A stretch of 61,376 bases of DNA from a virus. A model generated the notes under the pieces. That model had not been told where the DNA came from, did no database searches, and saw nothing but the letters and a program-made list of their open reading frames with translations. The stretch lies in the IMG/VR virus record IMGVR_UViG_3300037483_000245. One strand, 5' to 3'. The position numbers and the translations under genes are program-made. Below, one piece after another: positions 32,337 to 42,886 of this stretch. Each line of letters opens with the position of its first letter. Within the stretch, counting starts at the first letter, position 1.

Positions 32337-34556
32337 CTACTGGCCATCCTCAATGAAGACTGGGATACCACTGCGCTGCGCAAGCTGTTCAATGTAGTTC
32401 GTGCCAAACGTTTTGGCGATTGGGGCCAAGGAGGCCACGTAATCCTGTGTCTCCTTGAATGGAGGCACTTTGTTCCCGTACTTGCGCACATTGCCCATCC
32501 CAGAGTTGTAAGCAGCAAGTGCGAGTTCCGCGTCACCGCCAAACTGGTCCAGCAGTTGCTTCAGATACTTGGCCCCGGCTTCGATATTGATTGCTGGGTC
32601 GCGCAGTTGCTCTGGCGTATACCCAAGATCCCTTCCAGTGTCGGGCATGATCTGCATGAGGCCAATGGCTCCTGCTGGTGATACTGCATCCGGCCGGGTT
32701 GCTGACTCCTTCTGCATCACCGCAGACAAGAGTGCCGGGTGGATGTTGTATTTCTGCGCCGCCTGCTGAATGAGGCCATCATATTGCGTCGGCGGAGGGG
32801 TGGCAGCGGGAGCAGTAGTTGGAGTCTGCTGCGGCTGAGTCTGCTGCCCCACTCCGACCTGCGAGAGTGCAGAGCGCGTGTCTTCCGGGGACAAGGTGGG
32901 AAGCCAGGAGGCATTTCCTGCGGCAGGAGCTGTATCTGGCGCTGGTTCCTGTGGCACAATCAACTCATTGATAGCGCTGCTGTTTCCCATGGACCATTGC
33001 CGCATTGCGTTTCGTACCTGAGAAGCTGCTGCGTTTTTAGTGTTTGCGCCGAGGAACTCCGCAAGCACTTCCGGGTCCGCTGGACTGGCGATGATGTCTT
33101 CCACCCTGTACGGGTGAGTGACCGTGAACTCATTGAGGCCCTTAGCCCGCTCTGTGTAGTCCATGCTGACGGACTGCCAGTTGGACATGTTGACTTGGTT
33201 GAGAATGTCCATCTCTCTCATAAGAGACTTCATCTGCGTGTCAGACATGGCTTTACCGGTCTTGTTGATAAGATCGTCTTTGATGGCAAGAGTGTCACCA
33301 AACAACTGGTTCGTCTTGGTAAGTTGAACTTCACCCTCACGAACAACAGAACCTGGGTCGAGAGCCTTGATGTAACTGTAGAGAAGTGTGATCTTGGCGC
33401 TTAGATTTGGCCTTCCAGCAGCCTTATCCTCTTCGTACTGCTGATATGCTCTCTTTGCCACCGCATACGCAGTCAAAGACGTCCTGACTTCCTTAGTCTC
33501 CGCGGTGTAGTTCTTACGCAACTGAGTGACTTCTTGGCTGATCTTTCCGATATTCTCCGACTCATTGCGAGCCTTCCACCAAGTATCAAGGTACTCCTGC
33601 TGCTCCTGCGGATCTGTAGAGGTGGGGTTGAGGGGCGCTTTCCCAGCACTTGCTCTTCGAAGGTTGGCGATCTGAAGCAGGCCAGTGATGTCATTCTCTT
33701 TGGACCCAAGATCCCCACCACCAATACCGCTGGCTTCGCGAAGACTCTTGATTTCACCGTTATCGTATACAGCTACTAGTGATCCGTCCTTGAGTTCCTT
33801 GACTTCCTTGAATGCGGCTTCTTTGGGGAACATCTGCTTGATGAGTGATTCTGCCTGCTTGCTGGCGAGAAGCTGTTGCACACCCATCTCAGTAGGCGTC
33901 ATCAGCCCTTTTGTCATCCCAGCCCCTGCTGGCATTTCTGGCCTCTGTGGGATCAGTTGCTGAAGACCTTCCAACTGCTGCACGTTCCCCTGCTGCTGCT
34001 GCAGCTGATCCGTCGCCATGTTCGATGCACTACTGAGCATCTGGGAGGTGATGTAGTCCATCCCCCCAGGCGGAAGTCCGGTAGTTGGTGCTGGCGGCCC
34101 CTGCTCAGCGTTCTGTTTGAATTGCTCTGCCCCTGCAACTCCGGGCAGTCCCTGCAGGGTGGTTGCCAGCAACTCTGACCCAGGCAAGCTCTTGTTCTCC
34201 TGCTGCAATTTCTGGGAGACTGCCTGATTTGTCTGGCCCCACGTCTGGTCATACTGCTGCTGCGCCATACCGCCAAGCTGCTGCTGAACGTTAGGCCTCT
34301 GCGTCATCTGCAAGATACCGCCCAGCACATTCTGATAGTCTTTCTGCTTGATCGCCTTGCCGCCGCTGTAGACGACCTGGAAGTACTTCTCTGTTGCCGC
34401 GTTCCTCGCCTCGTCAGGAGTGGCGGGGTTGTTCGCCAGTGACAGCAGCAGGCTCTTGAAATCTTCCTGCTGCCCCTTCGACTCCTGCTCCTTCCTCTGA
34501 CGAGCCTTGTCCAGCCCACGAGCAAACCCGAGCGCAAGCCCTCCGCTGAATCCCAT
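32337..34556 (-). CDS. internal virion protein with C-terminal lytic transglycosylase (SLT) domain
   Basis: MQKESATRPDAVSPAGAIGLMQIMP...AAYNSGMGNV matches the SLT catalytic region. Confidence 0.8.
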   Translation of the reverse strand: MGFSGGLALGFARGLDKARQRKEQESKGQQEDFKSLLLSLANNPATPDEARNAATEKYFQVVYSGGKAIKQKDYQNVLGGILQMTQRPNVQQQLGGMAQQQYDQTWGQTNQAVSQKLQQENKSLPGSELLATTLQGLPGVAGAEQFKQNAEQGPPAPTTGLPPGGMDYITSQMLSSASNMATDQLQQQQGNVQQLEGLQQLIPQRPEMPAGAGMTKGLMTPTEMGVQQLLASKQAESLIKQMFPKEAAFKEVKELKDGSLVAVYDNGEIKSLREASGIGGGDLGSKENDITGLLQIANLRRASAGKAPLNPTSTDPQEQQEYLDTWWKARNESENIGKISQEVTQLRKNYTAETKEVRTSLTAYAVAKRAYQQYEEDKAAGRPNLSAKITLLYSYIKALDPGSVVREGEVQLTKTNQLFGDTLAIKDDLINKTGKAMSDTQMKSLMREMDILNQVNMSNWQSVSMDYTERAKGLNEFTVTHPYRVEDIIASPADPEVLAEFLGANTKNAAASQVRNAMRQWSMGNSSAINELIVPQEPAPDTAPAAGNASWLPTLSPEDTRSALSQVGVGQQTQPQQTPTTAPAATPPPTQYDGLIQQAAQKYNIHPALLSAVMQKESATRPDAVSPAGAIGLMQIMPDTGRDLGYTPEQLRDPAINIEAGAKYLKQLLDQFGGDAELALAAYNSGMGNVRKYGNKVPPFKETQDYVASLAPIAKTFGTNYIEQLAQRSGIPVFIEDGQ

Positions 34557-35389
34557 TAGATACCTCCCGGGCGGTAGCCGAGGCTGGCCATGAGTTGGGT
34601 GAGCCAGTCAGGGGTCTGACCGCCCTGAACACCGTGGGTAAGGGACGCAAGCCCTCCAAGATTTCCGCGCTGCTCCAGAGGCCGCACAGAGCCATAGTTC
34701 TGCATCCCACTCATGACACCCATCAGATTCTGATTGTTGACTCCAGTGATCGAGGACAGGTTGCTGCCAGTAGGGACGCTCCCCATGCCACTCTTACCAA
34801 AGATGCTTCCCCAGTCAGTCCCGCCCATCATATCCCCAAATGCTTCGCCAATCTTCGCTGCAGCGTCTGCCTGATCCTGCTGTGCCTGATTGATCCCAGT
34901 GTTCACAAAAGCCTGATTCCCAAAAGCCCCTTGGAACGTGTTCATCCCCGTCCCCTGCATCTGGCTGCCGAATGCGCCCATTTTGTTCTGGGCGCTGTCC
35001 CTTGCTGCCAGCATCGTCTCTCCTTGCCTTTGTGCCAGGTTCATTGGATTCTGCGCCGCCAGTGCCGCCGCCCCGCCACCCCGCGGGGCAAACTGCATAA
35101 TGTTCTGCCTCGACTGTGCCGCATCATCCCCCATCTGCCGCAGTCCCGGCCCCAATTGCTGCATCAGTCTTGACTGCGATCCGCTGGCAAGATCTTCCAG
35201 ATATCCAAAGTGACCCTTCATCCCCTGGCTGCCGAGATCTGACAGTTCCCTGCCCTGATTGCGCATGTAGTCTACATCAGGCTGCATGCTTTCCCATCGC
35301 CTTTGCGCACCCTTCCCAGCCTTCCTTTGCTGGTTGGCTCCATACGCGCTGGCGGCGGTCGAAAGAATGACTGGAATGGCTGCTGGCAT
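34556..35389 (-). CDS. Gln/Gly/Met-rich virion-internal-type protein (277 aa)
   Basis: ORF track. Start/stop coupled to both neighbours. Confidence 0.6.
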   Translation of the reverse strand: MPAAIPVILSTAASAYGANQQRKAGKGAQRRWESMQPDVDYMRNQGRELSDLGSQGMKGHFGYLEDLASGSQSRLMQQLGPGLRQMGDDAAQSRQNIMQFAPRGGGAAALAAQNPMNLAQRQGETMLAARDSAQNKMGAFGSQMQGTGMNTFQGAFGNQAFVNTGINQAQQDQADAAAKIGEAFGDMMGGTDWGSIFGKSGMGSVPTGSNLSSITGVNNQNLMGVMSGMQNYGSVRPLEQRGNLGGLASLTHGVQGGQTPDWLTQLMASLGYRPGGI

Positions 35390-35796
35390 CAGTTTTCCCC
35401 TCTTGTGATTCTACTATGAATAACGTACCCCGGCATAGCTTTGAACCCCGCTCTTGCCAGTGCGTCAAGTGCGCGATCGTCTTCCTTTACAAAGGCGTAG
35501 TACTCCTTACCAGGTGCAAGACACTTGTCAAACAGTGCTGCGAATCCCGTAGGGCTGACGTTCTCTCCCGGCAATGCGCCATACGGCTCCGAATGCAGAC
35601 GCAACTGCATGAAGCACGCACCAATGATCTCCTCACCCTTCTTGGCAACTGCGAGTGATGCGACATCCGGCGAAGGAATGTACTTCAGCGCCTCTTCCCC
35701 AAACAGTTTCTGGATAAGAGGAAACGCCTTAGGCCAGTCCATATGACGCAGAAGTTCATACGTCACTCCCTTATGTTCTATTTTCCATTCGAGCAT
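35389..35796 (-). CDS. hypothetical protein (135 aa), weak GNAT-like impression
   Basis: ORF track. No acetyl-CoA motif could be verified by eye. Confidence 0.5.
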   Translation of the reverse strand: MLEWKIEHKGVTYELLRHMDWPKAFPLIQKLFGEEALKYIPSPDVASLAVAKKGEEIIGACFMQLRLHSEPYGALPGENVSPTGFAALFDKCLAPGKEYYAFVKEDDRALDALARAGFKAMPGYVIHSRITRGEN

Positions 35797-36909
35797 TTAG
35801 AACTCCAAAGCAATGTTGCGAATCAGCATGGATCTTGCAGAGTTGGTAAGCGCTTCCACGCGGCACTCGTACCCCATATTGGCGCCGGGCAGGTAAACTG
35901 AGGAACGGGCAGCCATTTGACCGTTGATGAAGAACGTCACAGTGGATGGCTTCCAGTGGATCTCCAGGTCGTAGTAGACCTCCTGCGAGGATGCTGGCAC
36001 TGCGACGCCAGACCCAAGTACATTGATGTTCGCACCGTCACCAGTCACACACTTCCATTCCGTGTCTGATGCTCCTGTGGACAGGCGGAAGGCTGCAACG
36101 TGTTCGCCGGTAGGGTTGTCTACGCCAAACAGGCCCCAAGCAGGTGCTGCGCCTAAATGCGTGTACAGGCCTACCCAGTAGCGGACGTTGGACACGGTCG
36201 TGTCAGGGTCGATGGCGATCCCTGCGTGAAAGACGAGTACGTCCGCTTGGTTACTGGCTGTCCCAACACGATGAGAACCTGTTACAGAGATCCCTGCGGT
36301 ATCATTCGCGGTGGCCGCAGTTGTGTACTTGATGTAGTTGGCATGCGCTGTCTGGGAACTGAAATACTCTGTCGCAGCTGGGCCGCCTATCTGGTCAATC
36401 GACGTCGTGCCAGGGCGGCTGATGATCTGATGCTGAGAACGTCTGAAGTCACTGCGCCCCAGCCCGTGGTACCCGTAGTTCGGGTCGTACCGCAGCAGTT
36501 TGTAGTCATGATAGGCCAGAGTGCCTTTGATGACACGGGTGGTTGCCGGTGGTGTTGAGGATTCTTCAACCACGACCGTCTGCGGCTCACTCAACCTTCC
36601 CTTTAGATTCGTGACGTCCAATTCCTGCGCCCCGCCAGTCTGCAGCGCGGTCTTGATGACAGAGAGCTGAGTGTCAATGTCGCCAGTAATGACTGTCTGG
36701 CTGACAATGGGCGCGGCAGGGAGTGTTGACGACGATCCAGTGGATGCATTTGGCGCTGGAGAGGTTGCAGGAGAGGCCTTGGAGCGGATGCTGTCACGAG
36801 CAACAGTATAGAGAGAATCCACAAGCAGCCGCAGGGAGCGCTCAATCCCTTCCGGGGAGCGCAGGTCTGCCGAGGATGGATAATAGAGCGTCTTGCCAGG
36901 GCGTGGCAT
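35797..36909 (-). CDS. structural protein, possible fibre/receptor-binding component (370 aa)
   Basis: ORF track. Position within the tail block. Confidence 0.55.
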   Translation of the reverse strand: MPRPGKTLYYPSSADLRSPEGIERSLRLLVDSLYTVARDSIRSKASPATSPAPNASTGSSSTLPAAPIVSQTVITGDIDTQLSVIKTALQTGGAQELDVTNLKGRLSEPQTVVVEESSTPPATTRVIKGTLAYHDYKLLRYDPNYGYHGLGRSDFRRSQHQIISRPGTTSIDQIGGPAATEYFSSQTAHANYIKYTTAATANDTAGISVTGSHRVGTASNQADVLVFHAGIAIDPDTTVSNVRYWVGLYTHLGAAPAWGLFGVDNPTGEHVAAFRLSTGASDTEWKCVTGDGANINVLGSGVAVPASSQEVYYDLEIHWKPSTVTFFINGQMAARSSVYLPGANMGYECRVEALTNSARSMLIRNIALEF

Positions 36910-39900
36910 CAGATAGTTGCTCCAGTGCGGGCGTGCTCGGCACCAAACGGGCGCAGGATCTCATAGGCCCCGGAACTCCCCCAAGCCTTGAAATGGACCT
37001 CGCAATCTTTCAGGTAGAGGCGGAATGCGGTTGCGGAGGTCAACTCGAATCGGAAGAGGCGCCCTTTGTGCGTAGGAGCCAAAAGGAACCGCAGTTTCTG
37101 CCGCGCCCCGTACGATGAAACCGCCACCGGACTGTAAGATGTTATGCTTGAGTTGTCTACAGTCAGCTCCAGCGTATACGTCTGTGGATTGCTCGTACCA
37201 AGAACGGACAGCCAGACTTCCCGAATATGGCCATACCCGCTGGAGAGCGCGATATCCTGGGTCTCCCACTGGGTTGTTGACTCTGGTTCCGGCTCGTAGA
37301 CCCAGGTCACCCGGTCGATGCCAATGTTGCCAGAGGACTGCGGAACGAGTCTTGCCTGATGCGTGATGAAGGGCTCCCATGAGTAAGGCACGATGCGGTC
37401 ATTGAGTGTCTGGTTCACCGTGAGATCCGGCGAGACAGCCTGCACCGCCCCGTCCCTCTGAACCTGTACAGTGACATTCGACCCCTGCGTTGACGCCTCA
37501 AGCAGCATCCCTTGCACGAACTTAGCTCCCGGATCTCCCATATCGTCCCATGGGGTAGGAGTGGGAGCAAGCTGGGCATGCTTGTCGAAGATCAACTCGT
37601 GCCCGTAGTACTGCCACTCTCCGCTCCCTGTAGGATTGAGTCTTAGAAGGACGGTTTCGAATGGGGTGAATCCATACTCCTTCTTCCGCCTGCCGCTATG
37701 CGCCACAGAAAGTGTAGCCCCCGCTGTACCGTCATCTTTGATCAGCTGCACCGTCTGCGTGCCACTGGCCTCAAGTACGATGCCCCGGACCAACTTGTTC
37801 CCCGGCCATCCGTGGTCGTGGAAGTCGGTATTGCGTACCTTGATCGTGTCAGGCCGGTCGAAGTACGAGAAGGCATAGTTGTACAGAAAGAAGTCATCCA
37901 GAGCGCCGCCGGTGTCGACGTTGACTTCCATCGCAATCATTCTGTGCTGCGCCGAATCGGTACCGGACCCGGTCACAGGGATGATGAGTTCCTCGCGACT
38001 GCTGCCAATCAAGGCTCCAAGCAGGCTGCCTATAGTTGTGCCAGACTCGTTGTACAGATAGGCGTTCACAGTGAAGTTGCCGGACGGTGGTCCCTCAACA
38101 TCTAATGTTGCATCGCCCCACTCCTTCTTGCCGCGAATGTCCCCAGCATCAAAAAGTGGCGTGATAGCTTTAGCGCTGATGATTGCGCTGCTGCCCATGT
38201 AGTACAGTCGCGCATTAGTCGCAGAATACCCACCTACAAGTAACTGCCGGAAGGATGCGTCGTTATCACCCCAGTGGAAGTTAGCAACATATCCAGTTCC
38301 AATCTCGCTGGTGGGGTAGGAATCTATGAACCATCCTCGTATTTGAGGGCTGCTGTACGTCATGTCGTACACGAGCGTGTGCGGAACGGCATCGGTACCG
38401 AGATAGTCAAAGTAGAGTTGGCCTTCGTAGTAAGCAAGCCTGAAGTTGTTGGAAGACGGCGTGTCCCGATGGTTAATGTCTACTGTAGTCAGTAAGTCGT
38501 AGTTGTACTTGTTCCCTCCCGACTGCCTGCCGTCGGGCTCAAAAAGGATGTTCAGCTCCTCACTGATCTTCCTGCTCTCTCCTCCATAAGACTCGTAGAT
38601 CCCATCACTTGCCATCCACCACAGAGCGGGGCCGGTAGCAAAAGCGTAATGAGCAAACAGACCTTTACCGCTAGGTACCTCGACTGCTCGAAACAGATTG
38701 ATGTCATTGAACGTGGGGAGGAGCTGAAACATCCTCTTGTTGGTCCAGAGATATGCTCTGCCGTTCCACACACAGCCGTTCATCAACTCTTCACTGGGAT
38801 CGTCTGTGACGTCAATCCAGTTGAGTATCCGCGTCGAGTCGGGATCGTTACCTACGGTGTGATAGAGACGCCCTGGATGATAGGCGTCACCCATGGCGAA
38901 GCAGAAGCCTTCATAGGGACCGAACCATATCGGCAAGGGCTGGGACTCAATGATTGGCTCTTCAACCGTCCACGCTACAATGGTTTTATAGCCTGCTGAC
39001 TCGTAGATTTCCAGATAGTCGGCAGTAATGACCCTGTAGATCTGGAATGGGTAGCCGTCTATGTCAATGATGGTCCCTTGCGCCCAGGACGTCGAAAAGG
39101 TACCGAAGGCTACTTGAACGGTTGTGCCAGATACCGTACAAGTGCCACTGGTCTGGTTGCCAATGAGCGGCCACGGCTGAATGACATCTTCGTCTGAGAA
39201 CGGAGCGTTCAGGTTTGCAGTGTAGTCACTGATGTTGTCATAGAACGTTGTATTTCCGCCAGCGTGCGTGTTCGCTGTGGATCCGATATACCGCCACGCT
39301 AGGATCGTTCCGCCCCAGCGCTCGACATCAATCTTGTCTGCATCACTGGCTATCCAGCCACTTGCAGAGGTCTGTGGAATCGTGATAGCGATGGGAGAGC
39401 GGCGAGGGCGAACGCCGCCACGGTAGGGTGGCGAATAGGCTGACCTTACGCCGGTCTCGGTATTACGGTAGCGGTAGCGGTAGTAGTACGGCTGCGCCAG
39501 TTCGGTGATGTCCGGGTTGCCGCCGCCCTGAAAGTTGGCCGAGGACAGCAATACGGATACACCGCCCGTGTGCTGGACATCTATACGAAGCCCCCCGACA
39601 TTCCGCCAGTCCAGATTCCTGTTCTCCCCTATCCGCAGCATCTCTTTCACGCGGATGAACAATTCCGCGTAGGTATTGGACGGTGATGTACTTGGCTGCA
39701 ACGGAACTGTTGGCTGATTTCCGCCACCGAACGTAGGAGTCTGGGGTGTTGGCTTCTGGAATGTCTGCCCTGTGCTTGTGTCCTGAAGGCGCCCACCGAA
39801 ACGTGATGGCCTGGGGCTGTTCGGGTCGATGATGTTGACTGTCGGCCTGTTTGCGCCATCTCTGAGTCCGCCGTCGAGTGTGTCGTCATTAGCGATCGCT

Positions 39901-41234
39901 GCAGCAATGTCTGAGGCACGAAACACCGCTGTGTAGTTGTTATTATTGAAGTCTCCATATCCCGAGATCGTACCGAGGCCAAACAGAACACGGATCTCTT
40001 TGACGTTTTCCGGGGCGGTCAGTCGCACGGAGAGGTGCAGATAGTCGTCGTCCTGAATAGGTTTACCAGCGGCAAAGTCGGTAAGGTCATAGGAGATACC
40101 GCCAATCCAGGAGATCGCTGTCGCTGTCCCGTTGCAGGTGACCCCAAGCGCGTTAATTCCTACAGAGTTACCGTCTACAATCGTTCCGGAAGGGTGGTAG
40201 CCTCGCACGCAGGACAGTCCGGTGACTGAATGCCCTGCAGTGAGCACAGCCGCGCCTGCATCAAACCGGATAGAGGGCAAACCCTCACGGTCGTAAGTGA
40301 CGCTTAGCACACGATGCTGCCGCGTCGTTGCGCCGCCGTCCACAGTCTCGATCATGTCGTCCGGCCGAATGTCTTTGACCGGGGCAGTGAGTGTAACGCA
40401 GACGAGAGTGCTGCTAGGGTCGTATTCTACTGACTGGAATGTGGTTGCGGGGAATCCCCGGCGCACGGAATGCACACTGAAGACATCTGCTACCCCTCCG
40501 ATGTTCAGCAACGTTCCGGCACCGATGTCCGTAGGTTCGATAGCGGTCGATCCGGGGTGGGCGCTCTTGAGTGTGAGATTGCACCATCCCGGCCCGGACG
40601 CGTCGTCGTAAAGAACCTTATGAACGAACGTAGTGGTGGTGCTGACCCTTACACTTGCAGCAATGCTAGTAGCGTCAGTGGCCCATCCAGCAGCAGATGC
40701 GAATTGCGTAATTGGAACCCAGTACGGTCTCTGTGTCGAGGTTTCTGCATACTTGACGTCTACCGGAGACACCGGAGTTCGGATCCCTATGTTCTCCACC
40801 GCAGCCAATGCTGCCCCTTTGTACGTTGTCTTGCTTTGCTTGGAGCTGTCACCAATGTACACGTACGGGCGATTGGACTGGATGGGCTTGGCAGTGATCA
40901 TAGACACAGCGTTTCCGCTGTATCCGCTTGCGCCGCTGGAGTACGTCGTGAAACTCGGAGTCGTTACAGAGGCCGAGTACAGAAGTTGCTGGCCGAACAT
41001 GGCGAAGTACGCGTCGGCGTTGTCGGTCGCGTTGCTGATCCTGGCAACACCATTGATACGGGCGCCAGGAGCTCCGGTGATATCCGTCAGTCCTCGGCGC
41101 GGCATGAGCTGGCCGTAGCGGTAATTGCGAAGGTTGATGAGAACCGGCCACTTACCTTCCGGCATGTGCTCATCGGTCTGCACTGCAATACCGGTCGGTG
41201 CAAACGGCTGTGCGAAGGTCTTGTAATCAGCCAT
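36909..41234 (-). CDS. giant tail/structural protein (1441 aa)
   Basis: ORF track. Uninterrupted 4.3-kb frame. Confidence 0.7.
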   Translation of the reverse strand: MADYKTFAQPFAPTGIAVQTDEHMPEGKWPVLINLRNYRYGQLMPRRGLTDITGAPGARINGVARISNATDNADAYFAMFGQQLLYSASVTTPSFTTYSSGASGYSGNAVSMITAKPIQSNRPYVYIGDSSKQSKTTYKGAALAAVENIGIRTPVSPVDVKYAETSTQRPYWVPITQFASAAGWATDATSIAASVRVSTTTTFVHKVLYDDASGPGWCNLTLKSAHPGSTAIEPTDIGAGTLLNIGGVADVFSVHSVRRGFPATTFQSVEYDPSSTLVCVTLTAPVKDIRPDDMIETVDGGATTRQHRVLSVTYDREGLPSIRFDAGAAVLTAGHSVTGLSCVRGYHPSGTIVDGNSVGINALGVTCNGTATAISWIGGISYDLTDFAAGKPIQDDDYLHLSVRLTAPENVKEIRVLFGLGTISGYGDFNNNNYTAVFRASDIAAAIANDDTLDGGLRDGANRPTVNIIDPNSPRPSRFGGRLQDTSTGQTFQKPTPQTPTFGGGNQPTVPLQPSTSPSNTYAELFIRVKEMLRIGENRNLDWRNVGGLRIDVQHTGGVSVLLSSANFQGGGNPDITELAQPYYYRYRYRNTETGVRSAYSPPYRGGVRPRRSPIAITIPQTSASGWIASDADKIDVERWGGTILAWRYIGSTANTHAGGNTTFYDNISDYTANLNAPFSDEDVIQPWPLIGNQTSGTCTVSGTTVQVAFGTFSTSWAQGTIIDIDGYPFQIYRVITADYLEIYESAGYKTIVAWTVEEPIIESQPLPIWFGPYEGFCFAMGDAYHPGRLYHTVGNDPDSTRILNWIDVTDDPSEELMNGCVWNGRAYLWTNKRMFQLLPTFNDINLFRAVEVPSGKGLFAHYAFATGPALWWMASDGIYESYGGESRKISEELNILFEPDGRQSGGNKYNYDLLTTVDINHRDTPSSNNFRLAYYEGQLYFDYLGTDAVPHTLVYDMTYSSPQIRGWFIDSYPTSEIGTGYVANFHWGDNDASFRQLLVGGYSATNARLYYMGSSAIISAKAITPLFDAGDIRGKKEWGDATLDVEGPPSGNFTVNAYLYNESGTTIGSLLGALIGSSREELIIPVTGSGTDSAQHRMIAMEVNVDTGGALDDFFLYNYAFSYFDRPDTIKVRNTDFHDHGWPGNKLVRGIVLEASGTQTVQLIKDDGTAGATLSVAHSGRRKKEYGFTPFETVLLRLNPTGSGEWQYYGHELIFDKHAQLAPTPTPWDDMGDPGAKFVQGMLLEASTQGSNVTVQVQRDGAVQAVSPDLTVNQTLNDRIVPYSWEPFITHQARLVPQSSGNIGIDRVTWVYEPEPESTTQWETQDIALSSGYGHIREVWLSVLGTSNPQTYTLELTVDNSSITSYSPVAVSSYGARQKLRFLLAPTHKGRLFRFELTSATAFRLYLKDCEVHFKAWGSSGAYEILRPFGAEHARTGATI

Positions 41235-42615
41235 TGGAATCCCTGAGTCTCTCGATCAGAGCCTGCTCCTTTGTCGTTGAGAAGTTCTGTACCTGTTCGC
41301 CAGTCCTGCTATACGGCTTCCAGTTATCACCGGACGTCTGCAGCCCGTACATCTCTGCAAGGTACTGCGAATTGGAGATCTGCTGTGAAGTGTAACGATC
41401 TGCGATTTCGAACAGACGCCTGCCGCCAATGGAGGATGCTTTGAACTCTGCACCTGAGCACTTGAGCAATGCGATGTGTGCGGCCCACTGCAGCACAGCT
41501 CCCAACTGATCTTCCCGCACTTGGAGATTCTCTGCTGAGGAGACAGTGGGGACGGTCGCCTTGGCAACGATGTCCAACTCCACAGTTACTGTAGATGATC
41601 TTGGTGGGTAGGCGAGTGCGATCAGATTCAAGCCAGCAGAGGCAATCGCATCCGGGGTCGCTGCTGGTTTGCCCTGCCATCCTGCGCGGGAGGCATCCAA
41701 TGAGTGAAGGTTGGACATGATGAGAGGCTGACCACTGATCTCTGCGCTGAGTACGCATGGGTGCTTAGAAGCGAGTCTTACACCCAGTTGGTACATCTCC
41801 GCACACCACTCCGCTCTGTCAGGATCTCGTGCCGGGCCTTCGTGCATGAGGAGATCGGCCATGGCACCATACTTGACGGCCCACAGGTAGTCGTCCGGTA
41901 TCCCAAGAACACTGCCGAGATTGCTGGAGGTCTCCAGCACAATGACGTCCAGCGTGCCGGAGGTCGCAATGTGTGGGATGAGCTGCAGGGACAACTGCGG
42001 AGAAGCCACAACACTCCACGCATAAGGTGGGTCGCTGGGAGTGTTCCAGTTTCGCCGTGAGGCGGTCGCAACAAGTTCGTCTTCCGGCCACATCTGTGTG
42101 TACTTGCCGTTTGCATCCTTCCATGCAAGTCGATGGAAGTAGGCGTAGTCCTGGTCCAGCCCGGACACTCGGCCATCGGTGAGCGGGGTTGTAGCAGCGA
42201 TGGTCGTGTGCTTGAGGTAGCACAGGGTGTCTACTAGGAACATGTTCCGTCGTCGAATGAGGGCCTGAGCCGCTGCAGCCGAGGGGAACATGGGACCACC
42301 ATTCCACGTCGTGCCGGAAGAGGCAGGTTCCAAGAGATGGTAAGAGAGTTGCAGCATCGCCTCACTCCCCGTGACCGTGTGGGAGAGGTGCGTCGTCGGA
42401 CCGCTCGTCGTCGTCAGATCGTAGATCGCCTGGTTCGCAACGGTCGTAAAACTGGTACGAGTGCGATGGAAACCAGTGAGGCAGTTAAGGATACGGATGG
42501 CCTCTTGAATGTAGCGGTCGAGTTCGTTTCCTGTCCAGAAGACAAGACTGGTATCCCCCAGCTTTTCAGCCAGCCAAATGCGGGCAGAGGTGAGCGATGT
42601 GTGCGTGTATGCCAT
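41227..42615 (-). CDS. structural protein (462 aa)
   Basis: ORF track. Confidence 0.65.
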   Translation of the reverse strand: MAYTHTSLTSARIWLAEKLGDTSLVFWTGNELDRYIQEAIRILNCLTGFHRTRTSFTTVANQAIYDLTTTSGPTTHLSHTVTGSEAMLQLSYHLLEPASSGTTWNGGPMFPSAAAAQALIRRRNMFLVDTLCYLKHTTIAATTPLTDGRVSGLDQDYAYFHRLAWKDANGKYTQMWPEDELVATASRRNWNTPSDPPYAWSVVASPQLSLQLIPHIATSGTLDVIVLETSSNLGSVLGIPDDYLWAVKYGAMADLLMHEGPARDPDRAEWCAEMYQLGVRLASKHPCVLSAEISGQPLIMSNLHSLDASRAGWQGKPAATPDAIASAGLNLIALAYPPRSSTVTVELDIVAKATVPTVSSAENLQVREDQLGAVLQWAAHIALLKCSGAEFKASSIGGRRLFEIADRYTSQQISNSQYLAEMYGLQTSGDNWKPYSRTGEQVQNFSTTKEQALIERLRDSNG

Positions 42616-42689
42616 GATTGCTGTAGCCTCACCCTGCTAACGACATTGTTCCTTGGATCACCTCCTACCGCAGGGCGAGGCTATCGAGG

Positions 42690-42854
42690 TTAGCTCTTGG
42701 GCGGCTTCTCATAGGTGACTTCAGGAATGCCAGACCCGCTTCGCCCGGGGTAACCCGGTTCGCCATTGACGGTCTTGGGCCCGGAAGGCTTGCTCTCGGA
42801 ATGATTCGGCACCGGGAACTTGGCTGGGGACTTGATCTTGACGCTATCGGCCAT
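42690..42854 (-). CDS. 54-aa protein MADSVKIKSPAKF..., paralogous at its N-terminus to 47396..47470
   Basis: ATG after AAAGGAGAGAGAA, inside the listed ORF 42690..43100. Confidence 0.4.
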   Translation of the reverse strand: MADSVKIKSPAKFPVPNHSESKPSGPKTVNGEPGYPGRSGSGIPEVTYEKPPKS

Positions 42855-42886
42855 TTCTCTCTCCTTTTCAGACTGACAGTTTAGCA

